From an uncultured Fibrobacteria bacterium (GTDB lineage Bacteria; Fibrobacterota; Fibrobacteria; UBA11236), in the NCBI GenBank assembly GCA_963716395.1, contig OY970309.1, forward strand, positions 768,001-832,000: a stretch of DNA of 64,000 nt, read 5' to 3'. Position numbers and translations under genes: made by a program. Below are positions 48,501 to 55,903 of this stretch, piece after piece (within the stretch, counting starts at the first letter, position 1; the number at the start of each line of letters is the position of its first letter). The notes under the pieces were generated by a model. It ran no database searches. It was not told the origin of the DNA and worked only from the letters and a program-made list of their open reading frames with translations.

Positions 48501-49782
48501 CGTTTTCGGCCGCACACACGTCGAGCGAGAACGCGCCGGAAAAATCATCCTGTTTTTCCAGCCATTGGTTGAGCAGGGTCGATGAACACAGGCCCGCATC
48601 GAGCAGCAACAGGTGGGTATGGCGCGCCATGTGCGCGGCCAGACGCAGCCCTTGGCCCAGGGGCAAATCCGGCCCCACATCGAGCTTGCGCACTTGATCT
48701 CCGCCCGGCGGCAAAAAGCCGGTCTGCGCCGACCGATTGAGCACGATGACGTCGGCCTGGCCGCGCATGGGCAGCGAGTCGAGGGTTTCGCGCATCAGGC
48801 CTTCGGTGTCTCCGGCGGGCGGAAGCACCACCACGTGGGTCCAATGCGGAGGGCGGGTTGTTGCGTCGGTCGCCATGGCGGCCTCCTGGGTTGGGGTCGA
48901 AAAATGTGCGTGCGCGGCCGGCGAGGGCCGGAACCACTGCATGTCCCACAGCATTTCGGGGCCGGGAACTTTGTCGTCTCCGCCGTAATGGCGGGACAGC
49001 TTGCGGAACAAGGCGTCGGTGGATTCCTGCACCAACCGATCGGTGTCTCCCCGGGGTTCGGTGCGAAAACTTTTCTGCCCTTCGTGAAAAACGAAGGCGT
49101 CGCGGGCCACGACCAGCCGCAGGCCCTTGCGCCGCAGCCGCCACGACAGTTCCAAATCGTCGTTGCCCAGAAACAGGTTTTCATCCATGCCGCCCAGCGC
49201 GGCGTACTCTTCACGGCGCAGCATGAGGCAAAAACCGATGAGCAACTTGGTTTCGATCAGGGCGCCGGCATGTTCGCGGCGCAAGACAGCGGCGACGGCT
49301 TCGGCCCGATCGAGGGCCGTGGCGCCGCCCACCGCGGCGAGTTCGCCGGCCGATGCGGGCCAATGGTGATCGAGGCGCTGGCGGCCGGCCACATAATTGG
49401 AAACCGGGCCCGCCGCTCCCACCTGGGAATCGGCGAACGCAGCCGCCATGCTTTCGCAGGCGTGGCGGGTCAACAGGGCGTCGGGATTGAGGAAAATCAG
49501 AAACTCGCCACGCGCCAATCGGGCGCCTTGGTTGCAGGCGCGCGCAAACCCGAGGTTCTCGAGGTTGTACACGGCGCGCACGCCCTCAAGGCCGCGCAAC
49601 AGGTCGGTGGTGCCGTCACGCGAGGCATTGTCGACCACGATGAGTTCGGCACAATCGAGAGCGTCGTTGAAGGCGCGCCGGAAAGCCTCGCTACAGGCGG
49701 GGAGGTTTTCGCGGCTGTTGTAGGCGACGACGACGACGGAAAAACGGGGCACGGGAAGACTAGGCTGCGACCTGGAGCTCAT
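45580..49782 (-). CDS. Multidomain GT2 glycosyltransferase with C-terminal TPR repeats
   Basis: FSVVVVAYNS..VDNAS..LNPD and VSIILLGFNQ..IDNGS..LNNDT..FEDDDYC GT2 domains, a divergent middle region and a TPR tail. Confidence 0.88.
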   Translation of the reverse strand: MSSRSQPSLPVPRFSVVVVAYNSRENLPACSEAFRRAFNDALDCAELIVVDNASRDGTTDLLRGLEGVRAVYNLENLGFARACNQGARLARGEFLIFLNPDALLTRHACESMAAAFADSQVGAAGPVSNYVAGRQRLDHHWPASAGELAAVGGATALDRAEAVAAVLRREHAGALIETKLLIGFCLMLRREEYAALGGMDENLFLGNDDLELSWRLRRKGLRLVVARDAFVFHEGQKSFRTEPRGDTDRLVQESTDALFRKLSRHYGGDDKVPGPEMLWDMQWFRPSPAAHAHFSTPTQEAAMATDATTRPPHWTHVVVLPPAGDTEGLMRETLDSLPMRGQADVIVLNRSAQTGFLPPGGDQVRKLDVGPDLPLGQGLRLAAHMARHTHLLLLDAGLCSSTLLNQWLEKQDDFSGAFSLDVCAAENGSRLVADSLLALACRRSWLEDHLTEPELVRVARLRLTTSAAPAGAPALTLRAELQTASTAEIPFDPNAGGLFLHYPETLRDHLQEAENVGFAGSAVAPVPVAGPGEGVDLRGEKIALARQDLLVLRVSPDLVDALPQRLRNLRGQLNRLRCLVAILNANQALGRPRHPRGFETPVDVTSEGVTAALRLAGYDVTAVRPYHGFPGRADGGPRVGWWQLDARPRAQSHRLDARVSIILLGFNQVEYTRQCVESIRRNVRQSYELILIDNGSRDGTWEYFQSVPGARCIRNEDNRGVAAGWNQGLRAAQGDYVLILNNDTVLFPGTLEHLVRLCETDPSIGIVGPRCNRIAGAQAVEGVPYRSRPEMETFAAEWQRERDLASADYDWLKGVCLLIPRAACEKIGPFDERFGKGNFEDDDYCLRARYLGYRTCIAHDSYIHHYGSVSFGQEDADWTALMQENERKFTAKWQHGATAVGDVQLRFAASAEVEGWIAEGHAAYARGDLDAARRSFLRAADADPGQAEVLSALGALCFHQGEYRDSALLSIRSLIRRPEDKDTGMNVLDALRALNGEVSESEKAALRQRFPANSAFAVTPQTSWTPVAAAPGDWRSAVEELIRGGRFDEALNRIETQLQSGRDAGACHNFMGVIAAGFNRFEEALDYFRQAAAQDPGEANFSLNLAETLIRLRRPSEAQSVLETAAGARPHSEYPAAAEQLRRTLTQPAPDWDALFLSWDVNSRAEAALRAGKSAEAETQCAPQAEAHPGDFRAWNNRGVAAFQLGRADEAWRCFERSLDLWPDWDDALANAFDAALATRNKEALARRLEAALRAQPDHVLARRMQRHLEGEGEALYAARAFDELEAGAALLEKAESDMKAGRPAEALRSFLDAVEKRPENPQALNGLGIIAFAQNRFDDSFRLFEQAARLNPQDQDILLNLWESARAVRRESDVRPALEQSLHRHPEFHEVRQILSGAV

Positions 49783-50128
49783 GTTTCACCAGGGCCAGGA
49801 TTTTTTCCGCCATTTCCGCACTGATCGAATCCATGTCGCTGTCTTTGACATTGGATGCTTGATTCTGCTTGATCAAGGCGCGCCGGGCGCCGGCGATGGA
49901 ATAGCCGTCTTCCTTGAGCATGCGAAAAATGGTGCGCAGGCGATCGATTTGCTCGTCACCGTAACGCCGTTGTTTCCCCAAAGTGCGGGTGGGAATGAGA
50001 AAATCCGCGAATTCCTTTTCCCAATACCGGATGGTATGGGTGGGCACGCCGATGATTTTAGCGGCATCGCGAATACTGACGAGCGGGTCTTCTCTCTTGT
50101 CGATGACTTCCAGGGTTTCTGCCAACAT
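49760..50128 (-). CDS. MerR-family HTH transcriptional regulator
   Basis: SIRDAAKIIGVPTHTIRYWEKEF..P.RT..QRRY..GYSIAGAR; AGGAG RBS. Confidence 0.9.
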   Translation of the reverse strand: MLAETLEVIDKREDPLVSIRDAAKIIGVPTHTIRYWEKEFADFLIPTRTLGKQRRYGDEQIDRLRTIFRMLKEDGYSIAGARRALIKQNQASNVKDSDMDSISAEMAEKILALVKHELQVAA

Positions 50129-50183
50129 GGTTCTCTCCTTTTGCGCTCCGGTCTTGGGCGGGTTTGAACGCGTCGGCCTAGAA

Positions 50184-50200
50184 AGCAATTCCGGTACCAA
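50184..50200 (-). promoter_or_regulatory. Sigma54 (RpoN) -24/-12 promoter upstream of the MerR-family gene
   Basis: Minus strand TTGGTACCGGAATTGCT has exact GG-N10-GC spacing; palindrome TTTTCAAA-N6-TTTGAAAA at 50213-50234 lies just upstream. Confidence 0.72.
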
Positions 50201-50352
50201 AGTTTCGACCCGTTTTCAAAGCTCGTTTTGAAAAATTTTCGAGGTTTCGGGTCAAGCTTGGCTTCAGCCGGCCCAGCAAATTTTTCCCCGTTTACCGGGA
50301 AGGCGGCAAAAAACTTCAAGCGGAAGGTCAGATATTCTCCGACCCGGTTCTT

Positions 50353-51483
50353 TTAGAGCAACGATTTCAGGGCCGCGAGAAAAGCGCGGTTCTGAGCGGC
50401 CGTTCCCACGGTGACCCGGCACCAATCCGGCAGTCCGAAGCTGCGTAGCGCGCGGGTAATCACGCCTTGTTTCATCAGGTCTTCGCAAAATTCCACCGCG
50501 GGGCGGGGCGTTTGCCAGCAAATGAAATTGGCCTGTGTGGGCAAAAATTTAAGGCCCAGTTTTTTCAGCCCCGCTTCCAATTGCGCCTTGCCGCGACGGT
50601 TCACCGCCAATGATTTCCGCACAAACGCGCGATCGCGCAGCGCCGTTACGGCCGCGGTTTGCACCAGCAGGTTCACATTGAACGGGGTTTTGACGCGCAG
50701 GGTTTCGCGCACCAGCGCGGCATCGCCCAAGCCGTAACCCAGGCGCAGGCCGGCCATGCCGTACAGTTTGCTGAAAGTGCGCACGATGACCAGGTTCGGA
50801 TAAGTTCGCCGCAATTCCAGGCTACGGGGAAAATCGCGCGCCGTGGCGTATTCGGAATAGGCTTCGTCGACCACCACCAGGCAACCGCGCGGTGTCTGGC
50901 GCAGCAAGGCTTCCAGCTCGGCATGGGTGAAATAGGTGCCGGTGGGATTGTTCGGGTTGCACAGGAACAGCATTTTCGGCTTGCCCCGCAAGGCTTGGGC
51001 GAAGCCGGCGAGATCGTAACGCAAGCCGCGCAAAGGCACCTTGAGAATTTCCGCAGCGAGCACGCGTCCGGAAAATTCGTACTCGGAAAAGGTGTTTTCG
51101 GAAATCACCGTCTTTTCCCCCGGACGCAAAAAGGCCAGCGCCAGCATGAGCAGCACTTCGTCGGAACCGTTGCCCACCATGACCTGTTCGGGTTCGAGTT
51201 GGAAATGGGCGGCGATGGCTTTTTTCACGGCGCGGCTGGAACCGTCGGGATATAGCGACACCTTGGGCAGCGCCTGCGCGAGGGCGCGCAGCACCTTGGG
51301 GTTGGCGCCCAGGGGGTTTTCGTTGGATCCCAATTTCACGATACGCGGCGGGTGGTATTGCGCGGCCACTTCGTCGATGGAACGCCCCGGCACATAGGGC
51401 TTGAGCGCCTGGATGCAGGCGCGGGCCAGTTTCAGTGTTTCGGCTGCGGAGTAAGGAGCGCGGCGCGCCGCGGAATTCGGCAT
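50353..51483 (-). CDS. hisC: Histidinol-phosphate aminotransferase
   Basis: KLGSNENPLG, YPD, GNGSDE, CNPNNPTG, DEAY, RTFSKLYGMAGLRLGY. Confidence 0.95.
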   Translation of the reverse strand: MPNSAARRAPYSAAETLKLARACIQALKPYVPGRSIDEVAAQYHPPRIVKLGSNENPLGANPKVLRALAQALPKVSLYPDGSSRAVKKAIAAHFQLEPEQVMVGNGSDEVLLMLALAFLRPGEKTVISENTFSEYEFSGRVLAAEILKVPLRGLRYDLAGFAQALRGKPKMLFLCNPNNPTGTYFTHAELEALLRQTPRGCLVVVDEAYSEYATARDFPRSLELRRTYPNLVIVRTFSKLYGMAGLRLGYGLGDAALVRETLRVKTPFNVNLLVQTAAVTALRDRAFVRKSLAVNRRGKAQLEAGLKKLGLKFLPTQANFICWQTPRPAVEFCEDLMKQGVITRALRSFGLPDWCRVTVGTAAQNRAFLAALKSLL

Positions 51484-51613
51484 TGGGGTCAAGGTAATTT
51501 CTGCGCCCGCACCTTGTTGCAACCCTCTGCGGCCCGTTCTACCTTGCTCTTCCACCCCGCATCCTTGGGGTTACCCCGGGGACGCGACGGGCGGGAGCGG
51601 ACGGAAACTCAAG

Positions 51614-53542
51614 ATGGCAAAAATCTCGTTGACCTTGCCCGACGGCAAAACCCTGGAAGCCGAAGCCGGCGCGCCGTTGGCGGAAGCGGTGAAATCCATC
51701 GGCATGGGATTGTACCGCGATTCCCTCGCGGCGCTATGGAACGGCGCCGAAGTCGATCTTTCCTTTCGACCCGAGGCGTCGGGATCGCTGCGGGTGATTA
51801 CCTCCAAAAGCCCCGAGGCCCTGGAAATCATCCGCCATTCGACCGCGCATCTCATGGCCATGGCCGTCACCGAATTGTTTCCCGGCACCCTGCTCACCAT
51901 CGGCCCCGTCATCGACACCGGCTTTTACTACGACTTCGATTCGCAACATGTGTTCACGCCCGAGGATTTCGCGGCCATCGAAAAGCGCATGGCCGAATTG
52001 GCGGCCCGTGACATTCCCGTGGAGCGCTATGAAATGCCGCGCTCCGAAGCCATCGCTTATTTCAAGGATCCGCAGCATGCCGAACCGTACAAGGTCGAAT
52101 TGCTCCAAGGCTGGGATTATCAAAGCGTGAGCTTTTACCGCCAGGGTTCGTTTTCGGATTTGTGCCGCGGGCCGCATGTGCCTTCCACCGGCAAGCTGCG
52201 GTTTTTCAAGCTGCTGTCGGTGGCCGGCGCCTATTGGCGCGGCGACGTGAAGCGCCCCATGCTGCAGCGCATTTACGCCACGGCTTTTCAGACCAAGGAG
52301 CAGCTCGACACCCACCTCTTTCAAATCGAAGAGGCCAAGCGGCGCGATCACCGCAAGCTGGGCCGCGAACTCGATTACTTCCACTTCGACGAAAACACCC
52401 CGGGCATGGTCTTCTGGCATGCCCGCGGCTGGCGGCTGTACCAGAACCTGATGAATTACATTCGGACCAAGCTCGACGCCCGCGGCTATGTCGAAGTGCG
52501 CACCCCCGAAGTGGTGGATATCGGCATGTTCACCAAGTCGGGCCATGTGGGGAATTATTCCCACAACATGTTCTTCACCGAAAGTGAAAACCGCAAATAC
52601 GTGCTCAAGCCCATGAATTGTCCGTGCCATATCGCGGTCTTCAATCAGGGCCTGAAAAGTTTTCGCGACCTGCCCCTGCGCATCGCCGAGTTCGGCAAAT
52701 GTCACCGCAACGAACTGGCCGGAACCATGCACGGGCTCATGCGCGTGCGCGGTTTCACGCAAGACGACGCCCACATCTTCTGCACGCCCGAGCAAATCTC
52801 CGCCGAGGTGGCGGACTTTTGCCGCCTGCTGCAAGAGGTATACGCCGATTTCGGGTTCCGCGACATTCTGGTCAAACTCGCCGATCGCCCCCCGCAGCGC
52901 GTCGGCGACGACGCCACCTGGGACTTGGCCGAAGAAGCCTTGCGGGCTGCCTGCCGCGCCGCGGACATGCAGTACGAACTGAATCCGGGCGAAGGCGCTT
53001 TTTACGGACCCAAACTCGAATTCACCTTGCGCGACAGCATCGGCCGCGAATGGCAATGCGGCACCATTCAGGTCGATTTCAATTTGCCCAAATTTCTCGG
53101 CGCCGAATACGTGGGATCGGATTCGGCCCGCCATACCCCGGCCATGTTGCATCGTGCCATTCTCGGATCGCTGGAGCGCTTTATCGGCATTCTGATCGAG
53201 CATTTCGCCGGCGACTTGCCTTTTTGGATCAATCCCCAGCAGGTTCGCATCTTGCCGGTGTCGGAGAAATTCACCGCTGCCTGCCAAGACATTCAGGTCA
53301 AAATCCACGATGCAGGCTTTGACTGCGCGGTGGACGTTCGCAATGAAAAAATCGGATTTAAAATCCGCGAAGGCGAAAAAGACAAGGTTCCCTACCTGCT
53401 CGTCGTGGGTGAAAAAGAAGTGTCGTCCGGCACGGTTTCGGTGCGCCAACGCAAAACCGGCGATCTGGGCAGCTTTAGTTTAGACGGAATGCTGGAAAAA
53501 TTTAGATTGGATGCAGCCGGTAAAGGTCGAAAAAAGCCTTAG
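51614..53542 (+). CDS. thrS: Threonine-tRNA ligase
   Basis: RHSTAHL, DLCRGPH, RDHRKLG, KPMNCP, GLMRVRGFTQDDAH, GAFYGPK. Confidence 0.98.
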   Translation: MAKISLTLPDGKTLEAEAGAPLAEAVKSIGMGLYRDSLAALWNGAEVDLSFRPEASGSLRVITSKSPEALEIIRHSTAHLMAMAVTELFPGTLLTIGPVIDTGFYYDFDSQHVFTPEDFAAIEKRMAELAARDIPVERYEMPRSEAIAYFKDPQHAEPYKVELLQGWDYQSVSFYRQGSFSDLCRGPHVPSTGKLRFFKLLSVAGAYWRGDVKRPMLQRIYATAFQTKEQLDTHLFQIEEAKRRDHRKLGRELDYFHFDENTPGMVFWHARGWRLYQNLMNYIRTKLDARGYVEVRTPEVVDIGMFTKSGHVGNYSHNMFFTESENRKYVLKPMNCPCHIAVFNQGLKSFRDLPLRIAEFGKCHRNELAGTMHGLMRVRGFTQDDAHIFCTPEQISAEVADFCRLLQEVYADFGFRDILVKLADRPPQRVGDDATWDLAEEALRAACRAADMQYELNPGEGAFYGPKLEFTLRDSIGREWQCGTIQVDFNLPKFLGAEYVGSDSARHTPAMLHRAILGSLERFIGILIEHFAGDLPFWINPQQVRILPVSEKFTAACQDIQVKIHDAGFDCAVDVRNEKIGFKIREGEKDKVPYLLVVGEKEVSSGTVSVRQRKTGDLGSFSLDGMLEKFRLDAAGKGRKKP

Positions 53543-53601
53543 TCGCAAGTTTTCGGGAGCGCCGGCAACCAAGCGAAAGCCCCCGCCAAGAAAGGATCAG
53601 A

Positions 53602-54243
53602 TTGCTAAAACGACGTCCCTTTTATAGTCCCCCCAAAGAAACCATCCGCATCAACGAACACATCCGCGTTCCCGAAATCCGTGTGATAGATCATGATGGC
53701 AGCCAACTCGGTATTTTGGCGGTTGCGCAGGCCATGGAAAAAGCCCGCGAGCGCGGACTCGATCTCGTCGAAGTGGCGCCCAACGCGGCTCCACCCGTTT
53801 GCCGCATCATGGATTTCGGCAAATACAAATATGAGATCTCCAAAAAACAGAAGGCTTCCAAGGCCAAACAGCACGTCATCAAGGTGAAAGAGATCAAATT
53901 CCATCCGAAAACGGGTGAAAATGATTACAATTACCGCCTCGTTCAGGCGAGAGAATTCCTGGACAAAGGGTACAAGGTCAAAGCCACCGTGGTGTTCCGC
54001 GGCCGCGAAATGGCCCACCTCGATTACGGATCGCGCTGGCTGAAAAAGATGGGCGTGGATCTGGCGGGTGTGGCTGCGGCCGAAAATAATTCGGTGGTGG
54101 AAGGACGCAACGTCACCATGATCTTTGCCCCGGTGAAAACCGCTGGCAAGGTCAAGAAAGCTGAAGCCAAGCCGGCTGCGCAAGAAACGCCGACGACGCT
54201 GCCCGTCTCCCCCGCGCCAACGCCGGTGGCGGCGCAAAGCTAA
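53602..54243 (+). CDS. infC: Translation initiation factor IF-3 (non-AUG start, Pro/Ala-rich tail)
   Basis: INEHIR..EIRVI, LDLVEVAPNA.PPVCRIMDFGKYKY, FRGREM; TTG start after AAGGA. Confidence 0.96.
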   Translation: MLKRRPFYSPPKETIRINEHIRVPEIRVIDHDGSQLGILAVAQAMEKARERGLDLVEVAPNAAPPVCRIMDFGKYKYEISKKQKASKAKQHVIKVKEIKFHPKTGENDYNYRLVQAREFLDKGYKVKATVVFRGREMAHLDYGSRWLKKMGVDLAGVAAAENNSVVEGRNVTMIFAPVKTAGKVKKAEAKPAAQETPTTLPVSPAPTPVAAQS

Positions 54244-54258
54244 GCGGCGCAAAGCTAA
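54229..54258 (+). repeat. Perfect 15-bp tandem duplication spanning the infC stop codon
   Basis: GCGGCGCAAAGCTAA occurs twice (54229-54243 and 54244-54258). Confidence 0.9.
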
Positions 54259-54283
54259 GAGGTCGCGGAGAAATGAGGAACAA

Positions 54284-54478
54284 ATGCCGAAGATGAAAAC
54301 ACATAGCGGAGCCAAGAAGCGCTTTCGGGTCACGGCTTCGGGCCGCGTGAAGTACCGCGGGTCCAATTTGAACCACATCAATGCGAAAAAAAAGCCGGAG
54401 CGCAAGAACCGCATCGGCGGTCCGCATTATGTCGACCCTTCGATGGAAGCCAACATCAAACGCATGTTGCTGCAGTAA
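54284..54478 (+). CDS. rpmI: 50S ribosomal protein L35
   Basis: MPKMKTHSGAKKRF; located between infC and rplT. Confidence 0.97.
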   Translation: MPKMKTHSGAKKRFRVTASGRVKYRGSNLNHINAKKKPERKNRIGGPHYVDPSMEANIKRMLLQ

Positions 54479-54498
54479 TCCGCGCAGGAGATTGAATC

Positions 54499-54849
54499 AT
54501 GCCCAGAAGCACCCACCGCGTCCCGGCCCGGGCCCGACGCAAAAAAGTTCTCAAAGCCGCCAAAGGCTATTACGGCCGCCGCAAATCCAATTTCAAACTG
54601 GCCAAAGAGGCCGTGGATCACGCCGGGCAATATGCCTACGCCCATCGTAAGGATCGCAAGGCCTGGTTCCGCTCGCTGTGGACGGTGCGCATCAACGCGG
54701 CCGCACGCGAACTCGGAATGACGTATTCGCGTTTCATCGCGGGGTTGAAAAAGGCGCAAGTCGCATTGGATCGCAAGATTCTCGCGGACCTGGCCGTGTT
54801 CGACGGCAACGCCTTTGCCAAATTGGTGGAGATGGCCAAAGCGGCGTAA
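54499..54849 (+). CDS. rplT: 50S ribosomal protein L20
   Basis: [32 protein letters not shown]. Confidence 0.98.
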   Translation: MPRSTHRVPARARRKKVLKAAKGYYGRRKSNFKLAKEAVDHAGQYAYAHRKDRKAWFRSLWTVRINAAARELGMTYSRFIAGLKKAQVALDRKILADLAVFDGNAFAKLVEMAKAA

Positions 54850-54855
54850 GCCGGC

Positions 54856-55890
54856 ATGGATTCCACCGCCCCCCTGGATGCGCTGAAATCGCGGCTGCTG
54901 GCCGATGTAAAAACGGTATCGGCCGCTCCCGATATCCTCGCCGTCGACGCGCTTAAAACCAAATACCTCGGCAAAAAAGGCGAGATTTACGGCTTGCTTC
55001 GCGCCATGGGCAGCATGCCCGCCGAAACCCGCCCCGCCTTCGGCAAGGCGGTGAACGAACTGCGCGATTTGGCCGAGCAGAACTTCGCCGGGCTCGAAGC
55101 CGAGGCCGCAAACCGCGACATCGAAGCGCAGTTGGCTCAAAGCGCCGCCGACCCCACCTTGCCCGGCCTGCGCACCGAACTGGGTCATTTGCATCCCTTG
55201 ACCCAGGTACGTGAAGACACCATCGACTTTTTCCGCGGGCTGGGGTTCGAACTGGCCGAAGGACCCGAAGTCGATCACGAGTGGTACAACTTCGAGGCCC
55301 TCAACATTCCGCCCGAACATCCGGCGCGCGACATGCACGACACTTTTTATGTCGACGACGGCGTGGTGCTGCGCACCCACACCTCCAATGTGCAGGTGCA
55401 TTATCTGCTCGGCCGCCGCGAGCCGCCGGTGCGCATGCTGGCCCCGGGATTCGTGTACCGCGTCGACAACGACGCCACGCATTCGCCCATGTTCCAACAG
55501 GTCGAGGCGCTGGTGGTCGACGAAGGCATTTCCTTCGCCCATCTCAAGGGCACCTTGTACCTGTGGGCCCGGCACGTGTTCGGGGCCGACACGCGCCTGC
55601 GCTTCCGGCCCAGCTATTTCCCCTTTACCGAACCCTCGGCCGAAATGGATGTGTCGTGCATTTTCTGCGGTGGCAAGGGCTGCCGCGTTTGCAAGCAGAC
55701 GGGCTGGATTGAAATCGGCGGCTGCGGCAGCGTCGACCCGGCTGTGTTCGCGCAGGTGGGTTGGGACGCCGAGCGTTACACCGGCTTCGCCTTCGGTTTC
55801 GGCATCGATCGCATCGCCATGCTGAAATACGGCATTCCTAATATCGCGCTGCTCACGCGCAACGAAGCGCGCTTTCTCCGGCAATTCTGA
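54856..55890 (+). CDS. pheS: Phenylalanine-tRNA ligase alpha subunit
   Basis: HPARDMHDTFY, LRTHTS, RFRPSYFPFTEPS, GFAFGFGIDR. Confidence 0.98.
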   Translation: MDSTAPLDALKSRLLADVKTVSAAPDILAVDALKTKYLGKKGEIYGLLRAMGSMPAETRPAFGKAVNELRDLAEQNFAGLEAEAANRDIEAQLAQSAADPTLPGLRTELGHLHPLTQVREDTIDFFRGLGFELAEGPEVDHEWYNFEALNIPPEHPARDMHDTFYVDDGVVLRTHTSNVQVHYLLGRREPPVRMLAPGFVYRVDNDATHSPMFQQVEALVVDEGISFAHLKGTLYLWARHVFGADTRLRFRPSYFPFTEPSAEMDVSCIFCGGKGCRVCKQTGWIEIGGCGSVDPAVFAQVGWDAERYTGFAFGFGIDRIAMLKYGIPNIALLTRNEARFLRQF

Positions 55891-55903
55891 AGGCCGAGGC
55901 GGC

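Noticed and set aside
53543-53601. Possible L20 leader RNA between thrS and infC
   Set aside because: Short region with no structure I can match to the family by eye.
53601-53627. ATT start codon for infC
   Set aside because: The ATT at 53601 is out of frame and reaches TAG after eight codons; the in-frame start is TTG 53602.
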